A stretch of DNA of 64,000 nt from Tubiluchus corallicola (lineage: Eukaryota > Animalia > Priapulida). A program made the position numbers and the translations under genes. Below, piece after piece: positions 13,001 through 25,892 of the stretch; the stretch's first letter is position 1, and each line of letters opens with the position of its first letter. The DNA lies in NCBI GenBank assembly GCA_030141605.1, contig JAQGDQ010000112.1, positions 496,001 through 560,000 of the forward strand. The letters run 5' to 3'. The notes under the pieces were generated by a model. That model did not search any database, was not told the DNA's origin, and worked only from the letters and a program-made list of their open reading frames with translations.

Positions 13001-14062
13001 CATTTTAATGAAGTTTTATTTTTTTATAAATCATCCAGTAAAGTTGGAAAATGACATCATGGTGATCTAAACACATCATGTAAGTCGCAATTTAAATTAA
13101 CGATTTTTTTTAAATCACAGCTTTTTATTTATGTCATTTTTACAATGAAAAAAATTATTATTTAGAAATCGGTAATTTCTATTTATTGAAAAAAGAATCT
13201 GCTTTGCCAAGGCAGTTTTAATTTTTTTGTAAAATTCAAAGTGCTACTATACTACTAACACTATTTCGCCATCTTATCTGCAAAAATACCACACTTTATA
13301 AGAAACACGGCAAAGATATTGAACAGACGTGCAATAGGCAAACAAATCTAAATTTAACACAGCAATAGCGGAGAGCAATACTATAAGAGAAAAAATAAAC
13401 AACAAGAACGAGATTTTTCACTTAAAAATAAGAATAACTACTTAAATCACTCAAATCAAGATCAGGTGATTGCATGATGACGTCGAAGGATCAAAGATAA
13501 GCGTTCTACAGCAGAAATTAATTCCATCAAATTAAGTGAAGGTGTGACCTTTTTAATGAGTATAAGAAAAGACGCCATTACAATTTTCTTTAGACGTCGG
13601 TTACGTGTGGCCCCATGGCAGTCTGGTGTAGAATGGAGTCGCCACGTCCAGGACATACGAACAAATCGTGCTCACAGATTCGTCCTTGCGTCCAAGGCGT
13701 ACGCGAAAAACGCACATAAGTCTTGGAAGTACGTCTAGGACGCAAGCAGTTTTAAATAGGTAACGTCACTTTACTGCTGCACGCAAAGCTAAACACCGTT
13801 GTATTAATATTAATGATAAAACCAGAACTAATAATGAAGTGCAGTAGTTGTCTATTGGTCAAGTTAAGAAACAATGGAATATGATTAATTTTTTGCAGCT
13901 GCTTAGTTGGCCATTTAAGTCTTAATTAATATCAAAATTTTGCAAATACGACTATATATGTTTTTCTTTTGTCAAATCAATAAAGTCCCTACATATTTTT
14001 AGTGAACTTACCGCAATTAAGAGCGTGATAGTAAGGAACGTTAAAGATATTATTTGCGCCAT
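10095..14062 (-). CDS. Secreted glycine/tyrosine-rich repetitive structural protein (~693 aa)
   Basis: Exon 14062-14012 (MAQIISLTFLTITLLIA, donor gtaagt) joins in phase 0, via acceptor tttcttgtag, to exon 12125-10095 (VAMVSS-GGGY...). This gives a signal peptide followed by GGGY/GYGKSGGGYG repeats ending GYGHGW*. Confidence 0.88.
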
Positions 14063-14486
14063 CAGTCTTATGTCTACTAAAACGGGGAGCTGGAAAAGAA
14101 AAACAAAGGTAATACGCAAAAAACGAAATTTATTTTTCTAATAAATTCGCTGTAGCTAAGCTGCAGAATACATTTAACTATAGCAAAAAACTGGTTACTA
14201 GGCCTACTAGGCAAAATTACTGTGAAATGTATATGAGACTTACACTATTATGCTGTCCACTAAATTTGTACAATTTTGACGACAACAACGAAAAAATTCA
14301 ATGTGATGCACAAGTCTGCATTCCTCAAGTACCATAACAGTCGCATTTTCACATTTCCGCCACATTTTCCAATAAATAAATAACATGTCCGTGGATTTGT
14401 GGTTTATAACTTTTTAGTTACTTTTGATTTTCTGCCTAGCATAGTGTATAGAAGCTGAGATAACAGAACTTTCATGTAGATGGAAA

Positions 14487-14829
14487 CAGGGCCGGATTAT
14501 AACCTTTTGGGGCACCTCGGCTAATGGTATTATGGGGGCCCTCAAACGTCTTGAATATTTTTTTACTCGTAATATATTTTAGCCGACATTTACATAGCTT
14601 GAAGTAAACTTATTGCAACTTCTTTAATTAAACTAGAGTCGTTATTTTTGTCGATAAAAATATTCTTGAAGAAATACCACTATATTTTATTATTCATTGC
14701 AAACCAACTTAGCACAAATTTTAACGCATACGTACCAAATAAATAGATTTTTAACCAAGCGTTACCAAAGCTTGTGGGACCCCAAGTTTGAGGGGCCTAT
14801 GCTGCAGCTTATAGGATAACCCGGCCCCG
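14487..14829. mobile_element. MITE (CAGGGCCGG-type TIRs)
   Basis: TIRs CAGGGCCGGATTAT / ATAACCCGGCCCCG; internal GGGGCC motifs; near-matching flanks gatggaaa / gatgggaa. Confidence 0.6.
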
Positions 14830-15460
14830 ATGGGAATGTATGGGTATCGTTATTCTGGAGAGTCAGATAGATCGGAATGAAATTGGGTGGTAATACAGAA
14901 AACTAAATTCTTTATGGTCTCAGATACCTGTAATTTTAACCAAAACTACATTATTAACAAAAATGCATTAAGTTTAGTTTGAGATCGAATATCAACATTA
15001 GTTATTATAAGCTCAGTGTCAATGTTATTACTAAAGATGGAACAAACTCATTATTAATTAACTTATGATACGAAACTTGAAAAACAGGAAATGTGGAAGA
15101 CTTGGGATACAACCTAAATTAACTACGTATCTTCTGCGTACGACAATTTTCATGCAAAATTATAGTAAATATTTAATTACCCATGGAAATTTCTTGCTCT
15201 AAATTTATTAAAAAAATAGTCTAACTAGTTAGAATCACTCTAGCGTGAGCGATTTAACTTTGTGAATACTGAAACTTGTTAATCATCTAGAAGGAATGGC
15301 CTTTTATTGCTTTGATCATTAAGGATATGTATTAACCCAGTGATCTAATGCTATGATTACAAGTAGGTAATTTCTGGTTTAATCCAGGTGTATTACGACT
15401 TGTTCGCACTTACTGCTTGTCAAGTTTAGATTCGAAATTAGATTGTCGGTTTTTAACACT

Positions 15461-15462
<2 letters not shown>

Positions 15463-15503
<41 letters not shown>

Positions 15504-15505
15504 TA
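15463..15505. repeat. (AAT)n microsatellite
   Basis: Run of aat triplets. Confidence 0.95.
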
Positions 15506-18500
15506 ATCTTGGCATTAAGAGCATAATAATTAATTAATATTGCTTTCGTACGTTTTGGGCTGATGGAAATTGGATATTTTCTGAGACATTGGGAAAACAA
15601 AAATGAAAAAAAACTAGAACTTTCCCCTACGGACATGATGCTGACCAATAGCAACATTACGATGAATCTAAGTCTGCATTACAGAAACATAATTCAAGCT
15701 AGAACTAACTGCATGATGATCTAAATGTCTACAACCTTGTTCATAAAAACTAGCCTATAGGTATTTATAAAAAGGAAAACACGCCGGCTTACCTTATTTC
15801 AGAGTCACTCGAATACTTAATGCTTGAGAACACTGTCTCTATCCAGACATTACCTGTTGCAATTAGAACTGGGTGTATAACGTGTAAAAAATCGTTCATG
15901 TATCACACTGTTGAAATTATCTTTCAAAGATTAGACTTGCTATTAAGTCTATTTTTAGTTACCAGAAGACGACACACACTCTTCTAGACGTTTAGATTGT
16001 ATCATACTATTATTCCACTAACCTCGTCAGTTTGCAGCTCTTGTTGTTCTCACGTTCACATAATCAACTCTTTCTTTTTCAAAGTTTTTTTTCTGAATTT
16101 AGGTCTTAAACATGCACTGACTTTTAGCACACTGGTTTAGGCTTATAACTTGACGAGTTACTGGTGGGAACCAGACCACCATTACAACATCAATTGCTGT
16201 AAAACACTCTTTATTTTAAATTGCTTATTTATGCCCCAATTTTGTGGTAGTGAAAACTTCGCTTATTGGGTGTGAAAACGATTGTTTGCATTGTGCGTAA
16301 AACACTGTAAAAAATTCATTTAGTTTCAGTCCTACGAACCTACGAGTGGAATAATCAACTTGGTAATGGAGCGCTACTTATGCATAAGCCACTTGTTCCA
16401 GAAAATAATTAGATTCACTAATGTCATTACATGGTGAATTTTCAAATTTCTGTTTTTTCGCGCATCCTGATTATGGATTCGCCCCACCAGTCCACGGGTA
16501 TAACTGGCAGGTGTCTATGTTACTCCAAAAACAATAATTACATTAAGCGGTTATAATTTTGGTTGTTATCGTAATAACATGACCCAATTAACTGAAAAAA
16601 AGGAAAAGTGAATTAATTGTACTATCTGCTGAATTCCACAGATCGATAGTTAATTAGAGTGATCAAAAATCAAAAAGCTATTGTATGTAATACAAGCTCG
16701 CGTCAGCACTTCTAAAGATGTTCTACTGGGCATCATCAGATTAACATGTGCTCTATTAGTCTCTGTTGACTTGCTTACTGGCCTGTGTGGGCTTAAATAT
16801 CAATACTACTCCAGCTATAATGCATTCTAACAGCGGCTATTACCCACCATGCAAAGCTAATTACACCAGAAACTGGCATGCTGACCGTGTAGACCAGTAG
16901 TTACCACACTAAAATTTGGGCTATGACTCAAAGTTGGATCACCAAAGCAGTGCAGTGAGGGTCAGGCATTCATGCAGCAGCACTAACAGAAAATTTGCAA
17001 ATTTAACTTTACATCCTAAGTACGTATAATAAAATAATACAGTAACCAGGAGCACATTAACAAATTAGGCTGAAAAGGCTACAGCCTTAGGTCTTAAATT
17101 TTGATAGACCACGTGCCTTGAGACCGATGATTAATTAAACAGATAGTGCTATTTAGTAAATAGGATAATTAAATTATTAAAACTGAACGTGCTAAAACAA
17201 GAATATTTGTTTTTTCTTCATTTTTGTTCATTGCTGAATCACTCAAAGGGTTGAGTAATATTCTACACAGAATTTTTCATTTTCTCTATATGGACCCACA
17301 CATTTGGACGCTTTGCCACACAGACAACTTAGTACTGTCTGGATACAGGTTATTTGGCCCGCATAGGTCATTTGGACACACATGCGAGTTAGACTGAATA
17401 ATTTGATACTTCTAAGAGTAGGAAATTTAGATATTAGCAACATATTTCTTGTTGCTTAACGTTTAGCAATCGCCATTTCTGGCCTTAGATACAGTGAAAT
17501 GCTTAATCCACCCTGACAGCAATTAATTATAACCAAAATAAACCTAAATTAAAATTGCGGTGTTGCTGCTTTTCTGAATAGCCTACAGCTGAAGTTTGTT
17601 AGTACGGCAGTCAATAACCAATTTGCGTTACCCATATTTAACATTTTGTTGTGTCTCCCGCTTCGTTGTATAATACGGTTTAGCTTACTAGTTTATTTAC
17701 TTCATTAGTTAGTTTATTAGGGAACCAGAAAATTAAGTGACGACGCATAATAAAAAAATGATCCAGCTCAATGTTGTGTTAATTTTGTACAGAACCAAGT
17801 GTATTGCTTAGTTGATCTAGCAACAGAAAGGCAGAGTAGTCATCATGTTTATGTGTGGCTATATAATTTAAGCGCACAATTTTTGCCATAAAATTTCAAC
17901 TAGCGCAAATCTGATTTTTATTATTAATTTCTCTAATAAAAACATTTCATATTTTATCATAAACTGGCAATAGATACTGTATTTATAATTATCACTTCAG
18001 GTGTTATTATCTAAAGTTTACAAGAACCAACACGCTACAAACAGTTGTCGCGTGTTATGCAACAAAGGTTAACACGCCACAAATAATTTGAAAATTGTGC
18101 AGGAAGCAGCCTAACCCGCCACAAGCAATTGGCTGATTGCCGCCTATATATAAGCTGCACATTTGCTTGTCAATAAGCAAATATCAAAGAATTTTCTTTT
18201 TATTTTCTCTTGTTCGCGGATAAGCGCAAGCTGGTCCGCTCAACTAAAAAATAAATGCAACGTATTTTTTCCATTTATACGAAGCAATCCGGAGCACGCA
18301 AGATGCACTTTATAGCATCACCATGTTGAGATTGCACATAATCAGTATAGTGAAACGTGACATAGCTTTGTAGTTCTAGTGTGCTTCTACTGCTATAATT
18401 ACCAAATTTAATAAATTGTAATTGCAAAGCATAGACGTCTACAGAACCTTTAACTTAAACAGATTGCTGCAGAAAACTGTTACATGGTACTGCCTATAGA

Positions 18501-18784
18501 AGATGTAAAGCATGTTTTTCGTTGCATTGGTTGAATCTGGTTCTCTTTACTGAATTCAGGTTCTCAAATGTCTACTCAGACTACCCACGTAATTTCCGGT
18601 AATTTTTCTGGTTTAAGACTTATTATTTCACACGTTTTTTAAATTCATTTAACAGCGTTTCAAAATGAGACACTCCTCATAACTCTCTAGATGCCTGGAT
18701 CAGCAGATCCTAAAGAACAAGTCATTTTTAACCTTTTCTTCTGCATTTAATATTTTGATTAAACATTTACATAATACATACGCT

Positions 18785-19236
18785 AGAACAGCATTCAGTA
18801 AAATTAATTTATAAAATTGTTCGAGGATTTTTGTAAGAATGAAAAATTTGAATAAGTTTAAAAACTCAGTCTTCTTTGATAATTCGTACAATAGTTTAAA
18901 TCATCAATGTCTCTTAAGTTTGCAATGAATAATTCTGATATAATAGCTTCAACTCATAGTGTTGATGAACTTTTGTTATATCAACGATTTCGTACTTCCG
19001 AAAATGTTTAATATTTAATAAAATTTAAATAGAACAGCATTCAGCAAAATGAATTTATAACATATTTTTAGGATTTTTATAAGAATGAAGAATCCGAATA
19101 AGTAAAAGTCTGTCTTGTTTGATAATGCATTTAACAGTTTAAATAGTCAGAGTCTCTTGAGCTTGTAATGAATAAATCTGAGCTTCAACTCATCGTGAAT
19201 AAGAACTTTTTTCAACGATTTAATACTTCTGAAAAA
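18785..19236. repeat. Diverged tandem duplication, ~246-bp period
   Basis: agaacagcattcag...gcttcaactcat...tcaacgattt...tacttc(c/t)gaaaa occurs at 18785 and 19031. Confidence 0.75.
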
Positions 19237-20165
19237 GCTAATAAAATTTAACTTAATAAAGTGAAAATAAGCTGTGTTTTACCGTGCATGTGTAATAATT
19301 CTGTTAATCTCAGCACGCAATTATAGTTCGCTAACAGACTAAACCAGTACAATTCAAAAAATTGGTTTTTAAAGGTTATCTCAACTGAGCATACTCTTAC
19401 TGTAAGCCGACTTCGTGTTGCAAGCAGTGAGTAGGCGAAATAGTGCTGTGTAACAAGTTGAAAATTTAAACCTTTTGTCCCGACTATTAGATGCGGTTAT
19501 TTCTGTGAATATGTTAATAAATTAATGTGAATTCTGATGATTTGCTTTTTTTGAAACGTACATCAAACCTTTTTAAACCACCCACTTTGGGACACTAGAA
19601 AAAGCTGGGGTTAAGTGAGTTTGGCATTATAACGAAGTGCATTAATATATACATATCCAGTTAATATATAGGCATTTTATTTAACCAAAAAATTGGGCAT
19701 TAAGAAAAGTTGGCATTATAAAAGGGCACTATAACAAGGCTTCTCTATACTTCATATTTAATTAATTTTTCAAGTCTTAAACTTAATGGTTGATAAAGGT
19801 ATATAGGAGAAAACACGAATTAAAAATAAAACTCCAAATTTATATTAAATTATTTTTTTAAGCTAAACAATAACATTACACTAATGTTGTCCATTATTTG
19901 TTAATCTACGTAACAGAACTTTATCACTTTTACAGCATCATGTAGCAGTTACAAAACAAATATCTATTAGAATCAGTTAGCAATATAAAAGTCTTCAGGA
20001 AATTTTTTCAAACTCATTCTTTCAGAAAGCAGTGCACGTAGTGGCAATTTATATGTGTACTCGCATTGCATTCAGCTTCAAGTGGCTGGTAAAAGAACAG
20101 AAAATGGAGTGACCATCCAAACGCCACATTGTTTTACGTATAGGAACGGAACCAGTTTTATACTT

Positions 20166-22083
20166 CTACTTATGTTGCTCCAGGTTTATAGAATCTATTT
20201 CAGGCTCTAATAAAAAAACAAATAAAACAAGATAAATACAGATCAAGTCTTACGTACTGCCACACTAGAATGCATACTATCAACTACAGTCAGCCAACAA
20301 TAGTTGGATTATACAAAAATCATACCAATTTCATAGTCGATTAGTTACTTTTGAATACTGTTGAATACTGAAACACAGAAACAGACACAATGCACACCTA
20401 GTTCAATTTATCAAAAATATCAGATAACTTTAATTCCTGTCAGACATAGGGTGACTTAAAGAAGCAGTAATTTCCAGTGTGCAGACATTTCGACACAGGA
20501 TGCTTCACCACAAAACATTTGCACACACAGAACATTAGGACACAAGGAACTTTGGGCACATGGATAATTTAAACACAAGTTACTTTGTACACATAGATAA
20601 CAAAGGTAACTTGAACACACAGGTCATTTTGCATGATAACCTGCAAACCTAACCTACTCTGACCTAACCTGAAAGAGTATAAGTTCTCAGTACCTGTTGA
20701 TCAGTTCTCAAAAGAGTAGCCAAGCACAGTGTTACCACATTGTGTGTTAGCACAGCGAGAATGTCGAAATTTATTCATACTTGTGGCAACTACAGTTAGT
20801 TCAGGCAAAATTCTTCATCACATGCAAAATTGTACAAACTAAAAATTTTGCTAAAGTGTACAATTCCCACACATAATAGAAATTAATTTGTGAAGCAGAC
20901 TAGGATTAGGGTTAGGGTTGTGGTTAGAGTAACGTTTAGAGGGAGTTGGGATTGGGGTTTTAGAATAAGGGTTAAGGTATTTCAATTGTGTGGGAAATTG
21001 TAAACTCCTTCCAAAATTTTGTTAAATGTCCATTTTAACATGCAATTAATTAAAAGACCTATAATTGTTCTAGGAATTAGTATAAACTGAAATAACATAT
21101 TTTAGAGATGGTCAAATTAACATTGGTCCACCACAAGACACAACTAACTGTAACGTACCTGTAAAATTAAAACTCGGAAATTCAGTTAGATCCGCATCTG
21201 GTTTGCCAGGCGAGTACTTTCGTTTGATTTTTGTTAATTCATCTTGCAGCTCCTTTTCTAAATCTGGCGTCGAGTCAACAAACTTACCGGGAGCACCCCT
21301 GAAACATATTAATGCTTACAATCAATAGTACATACGTAACAGCTACACAATGCTTGTACTTGACATAAGACTGTACGACTGTGTACGTGGCAAGTTAAGA
21401 CATGCAGCAAACAGTCAAAAACAACATATTGCCTTCACTGGCTGTCGTCGGTCATACATCGGTCATTTTTTCATACATCTCAATCTTTTTTATACATCTT
21501 ATTGCCGAAGTCATACAATTGTGACAAATCACGTAAAATTTTAGTCAAAGGCCCTAATAACTATGGTCTCAATAGTTATTAGTAAAGAAAATATGAAGCG
21601 ATGATCAGTGCATCTCGATAGCACTGGCAGTTTCTGATATATACAATACATATTGTAGAAGAATGTATGCATGCTGTAGGGTAAATTTATGATATTTGTG
21701 CTTCTACTCAACTCAGTAGACAGAATAGGAGAACAGGCACTAATTATTGCCCATTTGTTTAAACCTGGCACAAGCAACAAGCACATCAAATGTTGTGGTA
21801 GCACAGCACCGCTAGTGCCGCTAACAAGTTAGCATAATAAGTTATTAGTGCTAAACGAGTTACAGGATGGTTATATATACATTCCATATAAGTACAGACT
21901 AACTGACACTTCTTACTTGCTCTTCCGGTCATACTCTTTTATCTTCTCAACAAACAGTTTTTGAATTGGATCAATATCAGCGGTTTTCTGTACAACAACA
22001 GCACTGATTCCTATATTTCGTCTTGTTGCTGTGACAACTGCCGTTCGTAGCTCGTGCAGCCGTAGAAAAATCCGTGTGAGCAT
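20166..22083 (-). CDS. ATP5PF: Mitochondrial ATP synthase coupling factor 6 (peripheral stalk subunit F6), 115 aa
   Basis: Three exons, 22083-21917, 21298-21159 and 20206-20166, with GT-AG sites and compatible phases (2,1). Protein MLTRIFLRLHELRTAVVTATRRNIGISAVVVQKTADIDPIQKLFVEKIKEYDRKSKGAPGKFVDSTPDLEKELQDELTKIKRKY...DLTEFPSFNFTEPEIDSINLEQHK; RRNIG and DPIQKLFV.KI.EY are CF6 hallmarks. Confidence 0.95.
20838..21021. mobile_element. Foldback element with TTAGGG-like core in an ATP5PF intron
   Basis: Arms aaaattttg...tacaattcccacaca / tgtgtgggaaattgta...caaaatttt flank ggattagggttagggttgtggttagag. Confidence 0.45.
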
Positions 22084-23998
22084 GTTGTAACAGATAAATG
22101 CCTTCTGAAATAAACAAACAAGAACTCCATGGTATTTTTCTCATTTGGCTTTTACCTTGCTTTAAGACTCAAAACTACTATCGAGCTGAAAATTCTAGAA
22201 GTTTGTTCATTCCGGAAGTTTGTTCAACTATAATTCTCAGCAACATCAGGCAAGGCATTGTGATTTCCACTACTGATGCATAAACTGTACTATGAATGAA
22301 TATAATTTGCCTAAGAACATGCACAGATGGTGCTCATAAAGGGTCCAAGTCACTGGATGACTAGCATTAAAGCAGGTAAAGAAAATTTACACTTTAAAGT
22401 TATTTGCGTTGATTAACAAAGCTTGCAGATGATAAATACTTTCCACGGTAGCATCTATTATTTTTACCATTGTGACAGAAAAGACGGTTCTGGTTGTGAA
22501 TGACTTTATTGAAAGCTTTTTTTATTATAAAAAATGGAAAGGTTGGGAGAGCTAGTGAAGGTTGCTGAATATTCTACCCTAAACTAACGTCACAGAAATC
22601 AAAATAGACCATATTTTACACAGAAATAGAAATCTATTATGAGCATGTTATAGTATATTGCGGGTGTTGAAAGCCGAAAATAAAAGATGAAGATTTACTT
22701 TAGATTTAAATTTACAGTTACATGACTAGACAATCAAATTATCAAATGATTACATCACAAAAACAATACAAACATACAATGAGAAATTGATGACAATTAA
22801 ACTGTATTTGTAAGTAACTAGTAATCAATGAAACTAACAATTATTCTGACTCAAAAAACATGTAAACGTATATCAAATAAGAGAAAAACGTTCAGCTACA
22901 GCAAGGTTAGAGCGAATGACAAAGTACTACGTTTGCAAACAGGTATTTATAAGCTAAACCATTGATTACATACATTGCAAATATATGTGATGCAGATGCA
23001 TATTGCAAACTGTATATGAAGCTGTGTAACTGCATATAGGTGATAAGCAAACTAGTTTTAGACCATTACAGCAGAGCTACTACTGTAGAGGCTAGACTAT
23101 GCTCACTGTAGCAAGCTAGTACAGGAGGGAAATTTAGGCCTAACCATGGCTAATCGTGAGATGTCGAAGTCTGCAAGTAATGCAGCTTCCGACATTTCAT
23201 GACAAACATGCAAGTTTTGGAAAATTTAGTAGGCCTGTGCCCTGTAGGGATACATCGATATATCGATGATACTTCAAGCTGCAACTGTAGAGTGCACTGC
23301 AGACACGTATCAATCAGTGCAGTGATGAGCAGTTGAATTAACACAGACATTGTTAGCAGCTAATGCACAAGCAACTTTTAAACCTTTTGTTTTGCTTTTC
23401 TCGCGGCTTACAATGCAAACAGTTCCCTACATATTACACAAGTAATAAAAAAATCAAACAATTTGTTGAGTTATCTTAGCATTTAGCAACCCCAAAACTA
23501 TTGATTGATAAAGTGTGTTCAGCACTTATTATCAATGGCTTCATCTAGTTTTTTTTAGAAAATCTGGAAACGTTACCTTAGGTATATTGTGATACGTATC
23601 ATATTATGAGGTTAGCATTGTGATTTGTATCCTATCGTGACCTATATGTATCGTTACAGCCCTAAAATATAGCTCATTAAAATATTAATTCAGCAGTTTT
23701 CACTAAATATAGCCTTTGAAATATTGTCAATATACTTCCATACTTGAAAACATGCAGCGTATGTGCCACAGCCCCGTGGTCTAAGTGATGGATTTCAATT
23801 TTGTGACACAAAGTTCGCAAACCAATCTAACCATTTTTTAGTGGCTATCCATAAGTCTTATCAACTTAAATTAGTAGTAATTTTAAGCAGAGTAGGTAAG
23901 TCTTTGTCATTTTTATATTGCTGTTAGTATTTTGTCCATTAGAAAAATGGTAATTCAGCATTTATCACTAAATTACAGTACTGCTGCTATGCCATAAC

Positions 23999-24548
23999 CA
24001 GGGATGAGCCGACCAAAATCTGCAACTATTTTTGCGGATCGGATCAAACTGCGGATTTATCATGGAAAATATAGAAGATATGCGGACCGGATACAGATAA
24101 AAAATAGTCGCGGATCAGATCCTCGCGGATTACAAAATCATCAATGTTGATCTGCAATTTTGATAAAGAATGTGCACATTCAGCAAAGTGCACTTTGTAT
24201 TTAGCTAATAAACCGCATTTTTTTTATTTTGTCGGGCTGATATTTTAATTTTTTGTCGCATGCTTCTTCGTATGGCAGCTGCATGTTTTTCAAAATGCAA
24301 GTACTCGTTAAAAAGGATTTGCTGAAATAATTAACTTCGATTGTTTCAAATTAAATCTGAACAAAAATTAGTTCTGTGAACCGGATTGCAGATTGGAAAT
24401 TTTGAGGATCGCACATTTGAAATAATTAGATGGCACTGCAACTGCGGATAGCTTTCAATAGAAAAATGAGGATTTGAAGTGAATTGCTATCAAATTAGCA
24501 GACCAAATCATGTGCGGATCAAGAATTTAGTCAATCCGCTTATTCCTG
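23999..24548. mobile_element. hAT-type MITE
   Basis: TIRs CAGGGATGAGC / GCTTATTCCTG; 8-bp TSD gccataac / gccgtaac; repeated GCGGAT(C) subterminal motifs. Confidence 0.8.
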
Positions 24549-24774
24549 GCCGTAACTTCGGAGTTACAATGCAATAGCAATGACATTCTACAGTGTATGT
24601 CTATATACCAACTTAAACAATTTCTTTAGAGTACTTACGTAAAGCTTTTTAGTTGCAATTTTAATACACTTTGTAAGTGGTTTAACATTCAGTTTCAATG
24701 ATTGTTTTTAGCTCAGAATGACTGTAATACAACTCATTCTACACAATTATAGTTAGAGAAAAGAGACTGTCCAA

Positions 24775-24885
24775 ATCCAAACAAATGCAATGCAAGTAAT
24801 TGATGAGTGGAACAAGCTGCCTGGCAGATTAGTTCAAGCCTCTAATTCTACCAATTTTGAACTTCATATTCACAACCACTGGAAA
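24775..24885 (+). mobile_element. LINE ORF2 C-terminal fragment
   Basis: QVIDEWNKLPGRLVQASNSTNF resembles the R.v..WN.LP..vV.A.S...F end of CR1-type ORF2. Confidence 0.5.
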
Positions 24886-25150
24886 TACAATCCAGAAAAA
24901 AAAATATATATATGGATGCTAAGTTGCCATGGTAACAAGAAAGCTTGCCACATACTTCATGATCGCAGTGTTGCCACATTTTTATTTCAAAAAAGTAAAC
25001 AAGAACAGAGTGGAAACGTTCATAAGCTATTATGCTTTACATCTGTGCTTCGATGAAAACAAAATTTTGTTTTTAAGTTAACAGCATTTCAATTTATTAT
25101 CATTTTTAAACAACCTATCACACACTGTACACTTAAATATGACTAGAGAG

Positions 25151-25892
25151 CAGTGGTGGCTCATAGCTAAAATTACTGGGGTGCTGCTTCAGAAAATTTT
25201 TAGCCAATGTTTAGTACTGTACATAAAACATAACAACAGAATACAGAATAATTTATTTGTCTCAATAACATCACCAACATAGCATTAACAAATGATGCAA
25301 CAGCTAAGACAGACAGGGTGGCAAAAAGACCGAAAGGTCATCAAGTCTACCACGATATATAAAATATCTACCAACAAACATATGTAATTTTAATGTTGTA
25401 GTTATATTTGAAGATCAGGTGTTGAATGGCCTCTTTTCTTAACTGCAACTTTTTCATGGAGAGACAAATATGAAAATTTAAGCTGTTGTATTTCAGTTAC
25501 AGTCACAGAACTTATTTCTTGGGGATGCAAGGTGTTCGTTATTAAATAATTTACGTTTTAAGCACACATGCTAAGTTTACATTTTATCACATACAAGAAT
25601 ATGACGGTATACGATAAGTACGTGGCAACTGTTACTGTCTTTGAGACAGTACTTTTCTACCTAGCAGCAGATGCTAGTATACAGCGTGTTATCTCTGACA
25701 TGTGCGCATAGCCGCATGCGCACAACAGCCGTGTTGCTTGAGCTGTAGAGCAAACTGTACTTTCTTCACATACTCCGCTCTAGTATAAAAAAGAACTAAA
25801 GAAAAGACTTATTATATTGAATATTATCAACAAAAATGAGTGAAAACAGAGGGTGCTGCAGTACCACAGTACCAATACACGAGCTCTTACTG
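25151..25892. mobile_element. hAT-type MITE carrying a nested LINE 3' end
   Basis: Perfect 8-bp TSD ctagagag (25143-25150 and 25893-25900); TIRs CAGTGGTGGCTC / GAGCTCTTACTG; GGGTGCTGC subterminal motifs. A CR1-like 3' tail lies at ~25245-25355. Confidence 0.8.

Noticed and set aside
18120-18180. CAAT-like plus TATATAA plus initiator-like arrangement
   Set aside because: No downstream ORF or exon found; such motifs are frequent in AT-rich DNA.
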